Source of the DNA: Octopus vulgaris
Taxonomy: Eukaryota
Length of the DNA stretch: 64,000 nt
Assembly (NCBI GenBank): GCA_951406725.2
Contig: OX597815.1
Span: forward strand, 44,516,001-44,580,000
Direction of reading: 5' to 3'
Each line of letters begins with the position of its first letter. The stretch's first letter is position 1. The notes under the pieces are model-generated. The model had not been told where the DNA came from, did not search any database, and worked only from the letters and a program-made list of their open reading frames with translations. Position numbers and translations under genes: made by a program. Below are positions 1 through 13,139 of the stretch, in pieces.

Positions 1-344
1 AGAGTTGGCTGACAACATTTTATATTCAGCTTTTAACTTTATTAGCGATTCAACCAATTACTTTTCCTGAAGTTCGGTTGTTTCGGCAATCCTCTGCGAT
101 ACATCATGGTCAATGTGCATCAAGAAATTAATAAAATTTTGTGACGCTCTGCAGGCCAATATACTTTATTGCATATAGTTTACTTTACTCATGATGCGAT
201 GATGAGTACGAGTCACAAGAGTTTCTATGCATTCAGCGTCTCAGCTAGTTTCTTATAAGCGACTACTAAAAACGTAAAGATAAATTGTATGCACACATGA
301 ATATGTATACGAGCCCGCCCCAAAAATATGTTTACATGCATGTG

Positions 345-552
<208 letters not shown>

Positions 553-1002
553 TCGTGATTAATAACTGAAATCAAAGTATATGAAACTGAATCAAAAGAC
601 ACGGTGACTTAACATGAATAAATATGTAATTAAATAGAGCATGAATAATCGCAAAAGTAATTGCTCCTTTTTTATATATCAAATGTGTGTGTGTATGTGT
701 GTGTGAGTGTTTGTGTATGTGTGTGAGAGTATCTGACTGTGTGTGTGTATGTGTGCGTCTTTGCACGTATGCATATATTTACATTTGAAAGAATGTACGT
801 CATTAAATAACTATAGTGGCTAGTTAAGGATCTAAGAAACACTCTGTCCGACTGTAATTGTAAAATTTAATTAAAAGAAAGCTTAACAAAGTCTGATTTG
901 ACAGTTAGGGACTTGAGTTGGAGTAGAGAATAGAATGCCTTATGGTATAAGCTCTTACTCTGAGTTCGAAACCAACTTAGGTATCCTTTGATTTTTAACT
1001 AT

Positions 1003-1033
<31 letters not shown>

Positions 1034-3452
1034 TATATATATATATCCATGGCTTAAGTGCGAGAAACAGCACAGTGTTGAACTAAATCTCCCTATTATA
1101 ATATTGAGCTTCTTACTTCAGATTCAGAGATTAAATGCGTCAAGAGATGATAATACTAGTACTATTACCGGTTATATACTGATTCGCTCGACTATACACT
1201 TCCATTTATAAGAGTCGCTTGTAACAAGTAAACATTTATAGCTAAATTTCATTGAATAAATAATCTTCAACATATTTTACTGTTTAGCATATTCGCGCGC
1301 GCCTCATTTCTCTCAATAACAATTTTTTAATATCCAACAAGGTCTGTATGTTTTTTTTTTTTACTTTAAACTACGCAGGATAAAGATAGTGGAAAACAAG
1401 TGCAAACTACTAGTTTCTAACCTAACATATTCTCCAGAACACATGTTGGATCTTTCATACAAAAATGTAGAACCAATAATTGATTTATTTTATTTTATGT
1501 TACAATTTATAATTAACAACGTTGTTACTTACAGGGTTCCAAAGAGCTAATCACTGGTCCACCACATTTTTTATGTACTGTTATAAATTGGCGCGTATGT
1601 AAACATGGAGGCATACACAACTAAACGCACCGAATAAATATGAATATATTCATAAACACCCAGTTTCTGAAAAAAGAAACATGTGTGAAAAATTAGCTGC
1701 AAAAAATATTAGCAGCCAAATGCGTTTTCTAATACTGTGAAATATTGCTACAAGAAGAATATTAACTGGTAATTATGAAGTTTATATTAGATATTGTAGT
1801 CTCAAAGGATAATTTTGTATTTGAACTTACAATAAAGAAATGAGTTAAATAGGCCCAAAGTGCAAATATATGGCGGAAATAATTAGTTATTAAATATCTC
1901 TACTGTAAGAAGAAAAATAGCGTGTATAAAAATATAAAACAATTGTTCTTGCTATCAGCCAGTTCAGTTCTGACGTATTCTGAGACATATTTATTATATG
2001 GTAATTTTACTCTTGCGAAGACGCGTGGCCTAGTGCTGCACTGCGACCGGCGGAGCGAGGAAGCGCCTTGTGACCAGCGCGTATAGGAACACATGATACT
2101 CTGATCGATGCAGTGATACAGTAAATTTTATTCTTGGAATATACATTCACCCAAGAATATTTTTGTCGAGCCTTGCTCACCATTAAAACAGATACTTAAT
2201 TCAACCATGCAGCAGGCAACCTTATCGAAGTGTTGGGGTTTTCTATCCCACTTGCCTTCTATGTGTCTATAAAACGTAGCCCTTAAGGTCCAAAACTACT
2301 TTGCTGAAGGTAGAAACCACAGATTTACATCGCTATACGAAGCTGTAGTATTCTAAACATGATTAATATTTTGTTGTTTCTCTGTTGTAAAGTCGACTTC
2401 ATCTACGTGGAACTCCATTTTAATTGCTCTTAGCGCTATTGAGTAATGAACTATATAGGAATTAAAGCATAAATGAGCTGAGAAAAATAGCGTAGCATGT
2501 CAGTGGTATGATTTGGGACAACAAAGACGAACAAAGAATTTATTTAATACTATTCAAGATATATTCGTAATTTTATTGAAGTTGCCTTCGCTTCGAGAGA
2601 ACTTGACTAATTTCTGGTGACAATTGCGACTTAGAATTTTTTTTTAAAAGGGTGGGCGCGGGGATAACTGCCTGGTGGAAACTGCGTCTTCGAATAAAAA
2701 GGGGAAATAATCTCAAGTGTTCGCCGGAGTTAACATACTTTTAAGAAAAGATTTTTCTGCAGAGCGGCAAACCTGAATCAAGGATAGCCAAATATTTACC
2801 GTTGGACATCTTTTATGTTAACCACTCACGTTCTTCGACCGTTTGGATTATGTGGTTGGCAGAAGGTAAGCATTGCACTATAGAAATTTAGTGGTAACCT
2901 TGTGCGATGATAACCTAGGAGATACTTTGTGCATCGATGAAGACGAACTGAGAAGATGCTTCTGGAAGAAATTCATGTCGGAGATTCGATGATTATAAAC
3001 AATTTCGATTATGGGCATGTTTCAACTCTCCTTGTTCTGGTGATGCTACTTGTGTGTGTGTGCGCGCGCGTGTGTCTGCGTATGTGTGTGTGTGTGTGTG
3101 TCTGTGTCTGTGTGTGCGTGTGTGTTTGTCAATTTGGGACAATCTCTACAGCATGTCAGAACCAACAGCCTGATTTTCATTAGATGAGCGAAGAGCACGA
3201 AACTGTTCTATACACATTAGTTCAGTATCCAAACATTGTTAACTTGTACAGCTATGTCGAGATTCCTACCAACCAGTACAAGACTTTATCTTTCGGTCAG
3301 CTGTGTCTATCAACAACACAGGGGCCGAATGTTTCGTGTGTATGTTCTAATGTATCTATAAATGCATATACAAACACACATATACACACACGCATACAGA
3401 CAAACACATATATATATACATATATATATACATATATATGCATATTTATACA

Positions 3453-3504
<52 letters not shown>

Positions 3505-3578
3505 CATGTATATGTATACATATACACACATATATATATATACATACACATACATACATATACATATATATATATATA

Positions 3579-3978
3579 AATAATCAAAATAAGCAACAAG
3601 TATGACTCCGGTAATTTGGTACGATCGTTTCGTACTACATCATTTTATTAAATGTTGTAAGTACTACAACAGTTTTAAAATGCTGAGTACTCATCAGCCA
3701 ATTATAGAGGTTTTCCATTAATACAAACAATTTTCATATCAAGTGGCAACATAATAGAGTAGGTAGATATATAGACAAAGATGTAGGTTTAAATTTTAAG
3801 AACATTTCAGGTAGTAAAGCTCATCAACTGACTGGCTAAGATTCGGTTGCTCCAGACTACTGTAAGATTCTGAGAAGGAAGAATATGTAGAAAGAGACAA
3901 TAAAGAATTTTCTAATTGTAGAAATGGGGTAAGGGGATTTCAGAGCTCCATATATGGAATTTAAGTAGAAGACAGCAT
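3579..3978 (-). mobile_element. Short non-coding HHR-bearing element (Penelope pLTR-like) embedded in TA-rich microsatellite
   Basis: Unique ~400 bp flanked on both sides by TA-rich tracts; homologous to 42835-43135 (+) and 56199-56621; contains an HHR. Confidence 0.7.
3616..3701 (-). ncRNA. Type I hammerhead ribozyme, canonical core
   Basis: Minus strand: ttgg-CTGATGA-gtac...(extended stem II catttta/taaaatg, tgttgta/tacaaca)...gtac-GAAAC-gatc-GTA^ccaa. Stems I and II pair; stem III is the palindrome ACGATCGT. Confidence 0.88.
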
Positions 3979-4009
3979 ATATATAAATATGTATGTATGT
4001 ATATATGTA

Positions 4010-4075
<66 letters not shown>

Positions 4076-4599
4076 GGTCTGGCTTTATTTCGGGCGCGCG
4101 TCTGGGCGTGTGCTTGTGGGCCTGTAGTTTCGCATGCGCCCGCACCACGATAGTCTTTCCATCTGTCCTTCAGCTGCGAAGTGTGTCCTTGCATGCATGT
4201 ATATGCACGCATGTGGGCATGTGTATGTGTGTGTGTGTGTGTGTGTATATGCAAACATATAAACACACATTTGTACACACACGCACATACATGCATTCAC
4301 TCCCACGCACGTACACAGACACATTTACATATATATACAATACACGCACACATACACACGTACAAACACCCACTAATTCACATACACACAGCCTCATATA
4401 CATACGCACACTCGCACACAATCATACATACGTATATATACACACACACACGCACGGAGAAGCACACACGCACACATACACTAAGTCTAAGCACAGTTAC
4501 TCGCCATACACACAAAAAAACGCACACGTACACACACACATACTACAACAAAGCACACACACACGATACATATACACGCACACACACATACCTCCCTGT

Positions 4600-5060
4600 T
4601 TCTGACCTGCCTTTTCTGACTTGCTAGGGTACCCCCACCCACTCCTTAATTCCCTACTGCCTGCTACCAGCCATCGTCCACCATTCCACTAATGCTTGCT
4701 AGTAGCCCACGTCCACCAGACACACACATACACACACACGCACACACTCACACACACACCCTTGTCATCTCGCACACCTTTTTTACCATTCATTCTTTGA
4801 TTCAGCTCTTTTGTTTTTAAAAAACACTTTTCCTTCCTTTTGACCACTTCCGTCCTTTTAGTATGTGACCTCGTGTAGACTACCTGCTATTTTTTCCCCT
4901 CTGTCCTCCCGTCTCGGGATGTTTCTTTCTCCTATGTTTCCGACGAAGAGCTCCGCTCGAAACGTCAAACCCTCCTTCTTCCCTTCTTTCCTGAGCGTCC
5001 AATAATACTTTATTTGTTCCACATCCTTGCGTTGTTGTTTTTTTGTTTTCATGTTTGGAT

Positions 5061-5065
<5 letters not shown>
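4600..5065 (+). mobile_element. Penelope-like element 3' end/pLTR (non-coding), ending at (TA)n
   Basis: Pyrimidine/CA-rich stretch resembling 30850-31490 (downstream of the GIY-YIG fragment), then a minimal HHR, then (TA)n. 5' boundary approximate. Confidence 0.55.
4936..4970 (+). ncRNA. Minimal hammerhead ribozyme (variant core CCGACGA)
   Basis: gttt-CCGACGAA-gagc-tcc-gctc-GAAACGTC^aaac. Stem I gttt/aaac, stem II gagc/gctc, palindromic ACGT stem III as in PLE minimal HHRs. Confidence 0.75.
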
Positions 5066-5139
<74 letters not shown>

Positions 5140-5142
<3 letters not shown>

Positions 5143-5323
5143 ACGAAAAAAAACAAAAGACGAAGACAGGTGGTGTACAAAACAAACAGATGTATTAGTA
5201 TAACGCTCAGGAATAGAAAAAGTCTTTTACGTTTCGAGCCTACGCTCTTCTACAGAAAGGGACACAGAAAAAACAAGGAGAGAAAAATGTGTGTAGTGGC
5301 TGACGATCTATCATGGCAACTAG
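5140..5323 (-). mobile_element. Penelope-like pLTR fragment between (GA)n and (TA)n
   Basis: Its minus-strand start (gccatgatagatcgtcagccactacac...ttctctccttgttt) matches 31422-31472, the 3' region of the GIY-YIG element; carries a minimal HHR. Confidence 0.7.
5224..5259 (-). ncRNA. Minimal hammerhead ribozyme (variant core CTGTAGA)
   Basis: Minus: cttt-CTGTAGAA-gagc-gtag-gctc-GAAACGTA^aaag; same topology as 4936-4970. Confidence 0.7.
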
Positions 5324-5395
<72 letters not shown>

Positions 5396-5399
<4 letters not shown>

Positions 5400-5515
5400 A
5401 ATGTAGAACGATGAAAATGAGCGCTCAATACCGCATTGGTGGATATAATTTTATTTGTGAATTAAGGCTACCATTGGTTTCATGTTAGGAAAAGTAGGAA
5501 AATACCCTTTTGCCT
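5396..5515 (-). repeat. Terminal fragment of second Penelope-like family
   Basis: Clear similarity to 25571-25690 (taaatgtNgaacgatgaaaatgag...gtgaattaaggctac...gtaggaaaa); abuts (TA)n. Confidence 0.65.
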
Positions 5516-6396
5516 TATATATATTGGAACTATACAAATAAATAAAATCTGATAAGTGCCAACACACGAAACTCTCGGCCGCTGAGGAGTCACTCTGTTG
5601 CTTCTGCTAAACATTGAAAAAATGTACATATACTAATATTTTGAGTTGTATTTCTCCTGTTTGCATCACCATACCTATATATACATAAAACATGCTTCTT
5701 TCAGTTTCCGACCTCCAAATCTGCACACAAGTCCCGAACTCGGAACCGAGTGGTTGAGTAGCAAACCGTTTACTACAAAGTCCTGTCTGCTTGTATATAC
5801 TGCTGCATTTCAGAGATACAAATATATGTCGAATGCGAATTTGTGGCGGAAATTTGACAGAAAAAAATCTTGATATCTTCCTAAGTAAGGGATTTAGCTA
5901 AAAAGTTAAACAAAAACAAAAGCTATTAGCAAATTAGACATGAATAAACGAAATAAAAGTACACTGCCTTGAAGTTAAATGCACTAATTGTCCCTGTGTT
6001 TGGTGATGTTAGTCAGAAATAACCAAAGGAAAAAAATGTGTGTGTGTATGTGTGTATCTGTGTCTGTGTATGTGTGTGAGTGTATGTGTCTGTCTGTGTG
6101 TATGAGAGAGAGAGAGAGACAGAGAGACAGTGAGGGAGAGACAGAGAGGGAAATAGTAAAGGAAACTCTGTTTATATATACATGCATACACACGCACACA
6201 CACACATATATATATATAATATATTTATGAGTGTATGCATTTATGCATGTATAAATGTATGTATGTATATGTGTGTATGTATATAAGCAAACAGACACAC
6301 ATGTATAGATATATATATATATTTACGCATATATATATGCACATGCATGCACATACATATGTATATTTATATATATTTAATATGTATATATATATG

Positions 6397-6444
<48 letters not shown>

Positions 6445-6624
6445 AAGAGAGTGAGAGACCTTTTTAAATGTATGCGTGTGTTCAAATATACCTATAAATG
6501 TATGTACACACACACACACGCAAACACACAATCACACACACACACATATGGGACAAGTATATAAATAAATCAATTTAAATATATTGAGGGGGAAACAGAG
6601 TGTGAAAGAATGGTGGAGATAAGA

Positions 6625-6657
<33 letters not shown>

Positions 6658-7942
6658 AATTCAAATATATATGGTTAAAGAAAAAAAAATGAAAAATGGT
6701 AAGCGGGGTGGTGTTAGCAAACCTAATTGACCTTAAGTGCTCAACCAGCTGGGAATTTGAACTGAAATTAAATCCTTAAAATTGAAATATACTTATGGCT
6801 TGATGAACAACCATAAAATTTGCAAAACTAAATTCGGTTGAGGTGGTTGTGGTGGAGGTGCGGTTACACCGAGTGTTTGAAAAACGGAGGGAGGGTATTT
6901 TAGCAGCGTTGTTTAATTTTCTGTGTATTTTAATTTTAATTTCAAATTTAATTTATAGCCATTGTTGATTGTATTAACAGTTGTAAGGAAAAAAAATAAT
7001 CATAATTGAATTTGAAAGAGAGATGGAATGTCAATGTGAGACGTTAAAAATTTATAAGAACGAATCAAAGCTTTCGATCCGGTTTTCGTTTTGGTAGAAA
7101 GTAATTTAAAGTAGAATTGGTTTTACCATAGAAATGCTGTGTTACAGTTGCAATTTGTTGTTTGTATGCTTTTTGTAACTATACTTTTTTTCTTTTTTTT
7201 TCTTTCTGCAAAATGTGACCTATAAACTCCAACTCAACATATAGCATAACGCTGATTAGCTCTCTGATATTGCTGAAATGGTAAAACTATATAAAAGTAG
7301 ATATTTCAATACTCAGAGAAATAAGGTCTTGGTAGTCGGCAACTAAAATAAATGCAAAGGTTGTGGGTATTTAGTTTCACTCATTTAAATCGTTCAAGTA
7401 TCTAATTTCTGACATTGCCGATAACATACGTACTAGAAATATACCTGGCTGGAAGCAAACAACTGAAATCCTAACCGTTCAATAATTCACTTTATATCAA
7501 ATTAAGACACAAAAGCTAAACTGGTTCCACGGCGGATTAGAAGCTTAATTGTTTCCAATTATTCGTCTTATATTTCAATGCTAAATCTCACAGGGGGTCC
7601 TCTACTTTCTTCCTAAGTTTAATTTGTAGATCATAAAAGAAGTATAATTTAGTTAATAAGTATAATTCCATTACTGAGATCGAGAGCCAAGCCTAAGTAC
7701 GAAAGGACAATTTGCTGAGAGGCCGGCAGTTCCTATGTTTCGATCCAATTCGTATTGTTTCATTTGTATCCAGGACCAAGGTACATATCTTCATTCAGCT
7801 TTGATTAAAATGAGGAAAAGGTGGGGTATTATATCTTACAATGGTTTGCTATGTTGAGTTTTATTCTCTCCTGTAGAAAAATCTACCACACAAGGTTCGA
7901 TAGGAGAAACAAGAACGAAAATAGACATTGGAGAATATAACC

Positions 7943-8030
<88 letters not shown>

Positions 8031-8050
8031 GTCTATCAATCTACCTATCT
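7943..8050. repeat. (ATCT)n microsatellite
   Basis: Directly visible. Confidence 0.95.
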
Positions 8051-8074
8051 ACACGCGCGCACACACACACATAT

Positions 8075-8395
8075 AGGCGCAGGTTCCAAGCACATGCTTC
8101 CGAGTTAAGGTCCACTGTTGCACCTTGGGCAAGTGTTTTCCACTATAGCACCGGGCCTACTACAGTTTGGATAGATTTGGTAGACGTATATATATATATA
8201 TATATATATATAATAGATATCAATGTATATGTGTATATGTGTTTGCCTCCAGCCCCACTCCTTGACAACCACTGTTGGTTTGTTTGCGTTCCGTCAACTT
8301 AGCAGTTCTGCAAAATGAACCGATAGAATAAGTACCAGGCTTAGAGAGAAAATAGGTGCTAGGGCCGATTTTTTCGATTAGAGCCCTTCAAATTG
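8075..8395 (+). mobile_element. Decayed SINE family B
   Basis: ccttgggcaagtgttttccactatagc...ccgatagaataagtacc matches 59671-60068. Confidence 0.75.
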
Positions 8396-8965
8396 ATGTA
8401 TGTGTTCGCGCGCGCGCTTGTGCGTGTGTGTCTTTCTGTCTGTGTATGTGTGTGTATGTATTTGTATTTATATGTGTGCGTGTAGGTTCCCACGCTATGC
8501 ATGCTTTTTTCCACCCGAAGTGTGTATTATATATTTTTTCTTTTCTTCTTTCAGTCATTAGGCTGCGGCTATTCTGGGCCACAGTATAATATTTCTACTA
8601 AGTGTAGACTGGTACTTATGTTATTATGTTATCGATAGCTATTCGTCGAATAGCAAACACGCAGTGCATAAAGGGACACAACATCGGTTCTTAACAACCG
8701 ATTCAACACAAACACCAACACACATACACGTGTACGCATACACATATATCCAGGCGTGGCACATAGGTGCAGGCGTGATTATAGGCGCTGGCACAGGTGT
8801 GTGGTTAAGAAGCGTGCTTCTAAAACCATGTTGTCTCTAATTAAGTCCAACTGCGCGGCACATTTGGCAATTGTCTTCTACTATAACCCTGAGCCGACCA
8901 AAACCTTATGAGTGAATTTGGAAGAAGGAAACTGAAATAAGCTCGTTGTATGCATATACGTGAGA

Positions 8966-9022
<57 letters not shown>

Positions 9023-9330
9023 CGTGTGTGTGTGTGTGTGTGTGCGGCAGCTCAGCACCAAGTAGTGATTAGGAATAAATGATGTTCGTGAGATATTTTA
9101 ACTTCCAAAGGCAAATTCACCGCAGTCACCTTGCAGAAAACACCATATCTGTTCAGTGCTTACTCCATCGGATTTCCAGACACAGCGTTACTGGCTCTTT
9201 AGCCTTCCTCAATGGAAAATGCCGAGGAGTGATAACACTGGGTAAATTCAAAGCCGTAGTTTTAACTCAAACACAGTCAACAACAGTGACTGAGTCGCGG
9301 TATACGACTGCCTGGTAGGGATAAGTAAAG

Positions 9331-9581
9331 GGCGGCGAGCTGGCAAAAGGGCGGCGAGCTGGCAGAATCGTTAGCACGCCGGGCGAAATGCGTAGCCGTA
9401 TTTCGTCTGCCGTTACATTCTGAGTTCAAATTCCGCCGAGGTTGACTTTGCCTTTCATCCTTTCGGGGTCGATAAATTAAGTACCAGTTACGCACTGGGG
9501 GTCGATGTAATCGACTTAATCCGTTTGTCTGTCCTTGTTTGTCCCCTCTATGTTTAGCCCCTTGTGGGTAGTAAAGAAATA
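9331..9581 (+). mobile_element. SINE family A (tRNA head plus Meta/MESC-like central domain), full length, duplicated 5' end
   Basis: A-box-like ggcgagctggcagaatcgttag, B-box gagttcaaattcc, domain gcctttcatcctttcggggtcgataaattaagtaccag; more than 15 copies in the window. Confidence 0.9.
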
Positions 9582-9981
9582 AGAGATAAGTGTAACAGCA
9601 TCAACGCGAAGCAGTGATTGGAATTAAACAAACTTTACGTTAGATTAAATACGTTTGTGACATATTTTAACTTCTAAAGGCAAGTTCACTGCAGTTATCG
9701 AGGAGAAAAATTCTCTCTAATGGTAAAGGGAGCAAAAACATCATATCTGCCCAGAGTTTCTTCCGATCGGATTCCCAGATGCGACGCTTTTGGCGCTGAT
9801 GCTGTTTTTATCCTAACCGGGCAATCTAATACCGTAATTCAATCACTATTGTTGACTGTATTTTAATTAAAGTTACGGTTTTGAATCTGTCCAGAGTTAC
9901 CTTTCTTTGGTGTTTCCCACTGAGGAAGGCTAAAGAAGGCTTGCTTACAATTCTGCCAGCACGCCGCTTTTACTCTAGCAG

Positions 9982-10362
9982 TGGAATGGAAGCACTCCGT
10001 CGGTTACGACGATGAGGGTTCCGGTTGATCCGAATCAACGGAACAGCCTGCTCGTGAAATTAACGTGTAAGTGGCTGAGCACTCCACAGACACGTGCACC
10101 CTTAACGTAGTTCTCAGGGATATTCAGCGTGACACAGAGAGTGACAAGGTCGGCCCCTTGAAATACAGGTACAACAGAAACAGGAAGTAAGAGTGGAGTG
10201 AGAGAAAGTTGAGGCGAAAGAGTACAACAGGGGTCGCCCACCCCCCTGCCGGAGCCTCGTGGAGCTTTAGGTGTTTTCGCTCAATAAACACACACAACGC
10301 CCGGTCTGGGAATCGAAACCGCGATCCTCCGACCGCGAGTCCGCTGCCCTAACCACTGGGTC
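9982..10362 (-). mobile_element. tRNA-derived SINE, probable Ceph-domain type with RTE-like tail
   Basis: Minus strand starts cagtggttagggcagcggactcgcggtcggaggatcgcggtttcgattccc (A/B boxes). Domain assignment is from recall only. Confidence 0.75.
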
Positions 10363-10379
10363 AACAGCAATAATGATAA

Positions 10380-10590
10380 CGTATTGACTGGTATCTCGTT
10401 CTTGGTCTACCTCAAGATCTCCTACCAGTTGGCTCAGCTTAAGGAATCCTCTTATGTTCTCTTCCTGCAACATTCTAATCACATGTCCATAGCACCAGAG
10501 AGGTTCCCTGATTTCCGAGCTATGCACCCTGTCGAGCAACGTTACTCCAGAGATCCTTCGGAGGCACCTCGTTTCGGCCGTTTTTATTCA
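10380..10590 (-). mobile_element. RTE-clade LINE 3' fragment (pseudogene)
   Basis: DRVHSSEIREPLWCYGHVIRM followed by a frameshifted GRPR motif, typical of the RTE ORF C-terminus. Confidence 0.7.
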
Positions 10591-12001
10591 TAATAATAAC
10601 TCTTTCAATTATTAACCAATATTCGACGAGATGGTTAGATAATACTAGAGTCCAGATTGATCCCGCTTCGCAATCCAGCTAGAAAATCTATTGACAGTTG
10701 CCTCTGATAGGACCTTATTGGGGATGTACCTGAGAATTCCACCTTCACGATCCTCCCAGGAATATTGAGTGGCGATGGATGGATGGATGGATATTGATTA
10801 AGAAGTAGAAAATCTGAATTCTTTTAAATTTTGTTTTCATATCGCTTGCCTTCTGCAGCAATTGGGAAAAGAATGAACAACGAAATATCTCGTTTATTCT
10901 TTACTCTTACTCCAGTCAAAATCGCCCCTTTCCACTCTAATTTCAAACTTGCCAAGATTAATTACACTTCGATCGAATCGAATAACTATACTCATCTTTT
11001 CAAAAATATTAGTCCTTCGTGTTGCTCATGAGTAATATTGAACACAATATTTCCTTACGTATGATATTTCATTAAAACATTTTCTGAGATTCTACACTAA
11101 ACCGCTTTTATTAGTATTTCATCCACATGATCAATTGTATGTAGTAAAGAATAAAAGCATATATGTTAACATTTAATAAAAAGTACATTAGTTCTAAGCT
11201 CTGCTCTAAACGCTGGTAATTGCCCTAGTATTTACGATGTTTAATACATCATCCACATAAGCGGGGTAATTTGTAAGTATATATGAACTCACAGTACTCA
11301 GTAAAGTATATATAAATATACGAGTAGGTCATCTACTGAAATGTAAAACTCCCAATAAAATCCAATAATACAAATTCCGCCCTTATTATTGGAATCAACT
11401 AAAAGTTATTCTGTATGTATTCTTGTAAGTACATTGATTCCAGATATGCTTTCATAAGTTTAACTATATACCAACCCACTTCTTTTGATATTTAGTATAT
11501 CATGCCCTGTTTTGGACTCTTAAATTCTTGATGGGATTGTATAGGTGTAGTGGTAACATACGGCATATCTTGGGCACTTTTAGTCTTAGCAGAATCCATC
11601 TGTCTCCAGCCTATTTCTTCCCAAAATGGGATTAAAGGTTAAGATGACCTCAGTTGGATTTGAACTCAGGGTTTAGAAAACCAGAATGAATACTGCAAAG
11701 CAATATAATGCACTCTCTACCGACTCTGCCAATCGGTACATCACGAGAGTTCACGGATATATCTATCTCTTGCTAATAAAACACCTGCTGCCTGACTCAC
11801 ATTTGCCAAGTGGAAGGCCATACATACTATAAAACTTTACATGGTTCTACTGTGATGAACGGCTTTATATTGCTTCGCATTTATTTAGTTTTTATGTTGC
11901 TGATTATTTTCACTCAACGCTGCTTCTCCACAACTGTGCATCAAAGTATGTAAACTTCTTAATAACTTAAAAGGTATGAAGTTTGTCGTAAACGACAATC
12001 A

Positions 12002-12537
12002 TCTATAATAATAAACGCGAAATTCTGTCTGTCCGTCCGGGACCCCTGTATCTCAGTCTACATTTATTCTACATAGACATATTCTTTTCTACTCTAGGCA
12101 CAATGCCCGAAATGTTTGGGGGAGAGGGCCAGTCGATTAGATAGACCCCAGTACACAACTGGTACTTAATTTATCGACCCCGAAAGGATGAAAGGTAAAG
12201 TCGGCCTCGGCGTAATTTGAACTCGTCTACATAGACATATTATACCTTCTTGGAACCAGGATAATCCCGGGACTGAAAATCTGCCCTTCATTTGGTTCTT
12301 GAACATCCAGCATTGGGAACAGGTCTGGATGAGGTTTTGCTATATGCTGACAGTTAAAAATTCAAATTTTAAAAGAACTCCCAAAATTTGTGAACTTACA
12401 AGTTTTTCCTTAAAACTGAATTTAAAGTAAGGGAACCAATAAATGCTTTATTATTATTAATCCTTGGGTGGCAGGCCCAATTAGCTCCACGTAGGAGCTA
12501 GCTTAGAAGTTCGCACGGAGTGCGGCTTTTAAGCTAG
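12002..12537 (+). mobile_element. Non-autonomous Helitron with nested SINE
   Basis: A|TCtataataataa 5' end; 3' hairpin cgcacggagtgcg followed by CTAG|T. Confidence 0.75.
12084..12225 (-). mobile_element. 5'-truncated SINE family A with 16-bp TSD
   Basis: TSD tctacatagacatatt at 12068-12083 and 12226-12241. Confidence 0.88.
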
Positions 12538-12586
12538 TCTTTAATAACGTTGAGATTTATTTCATACACGTATTGATTACTAAGAA

Positions 12587-12785
12587 GGCGGTGAGGTGGC
12601 AGAACCGTTAATGCGTCGGACACAATGCTTAGCAACATTTCGTTCGATTTTACACCCTGAGTTCAAATTTTGCAGAGGTCGACTTCGCCTTTTTGTCTTT
12701 TCGAGATCGATTAAATAAGTAATACCCAAGTACTGAAGTCAATGTAAACGACAACCCCATTCCCTAAAATTTCAATCCTTTCCAC
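12587..12785 (+). mobile_element. Decayed SINE family A
   Basis: ggcggtgaggtggcagaaccgttaa...gagttcaaatt...gtcgacttcgcct. Confidence 0.8.
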
Positions 12786-13139
12786 ATGTAAGGAAATACG
12801 TCTTTCACAGAACTTCAGGCGTCGTACTGACACAGTCGTTAAAGCGTCGGCTATCATCCCTTGCACTATTTGCTTTGACAATCTGCGTGCTGAGTTCGAA
12901 TACTGCTGAGTTCGAATACTGCTGAGGTCTGCTTTGCATTCCATCTTCACAGTTTCGTCAATCCACCAATGAATTTGACGGAGACTTAGGAACGTAGGAC
13001 TGGAACAGAGAATAAATACCTTAAAGTATTTGTTCCAGCTCTTTATAGCAAGCATACCCACTCAGGTAAGAAGTCCGCTTTGCAGGCATGTGGTTTCGGG
13101 TTCGATCCCACTGCACAGCACCTTGGACAAATGTCTTCT

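Noticed and set aside
5549-5580. HHR-like CTGATAA-gtg-ccaaca-cac-GAAAC
   Set aside because: C3/A8 mismatch and no intact stem I, stem III or NUH; at best a decayed copy.
9350-9440. tRNA-like A/B boxes here and at many other loci
   Set aside because: They are heads of multi-copy SINEs that continue into SINE bodies; no complete cloverleaf seen.
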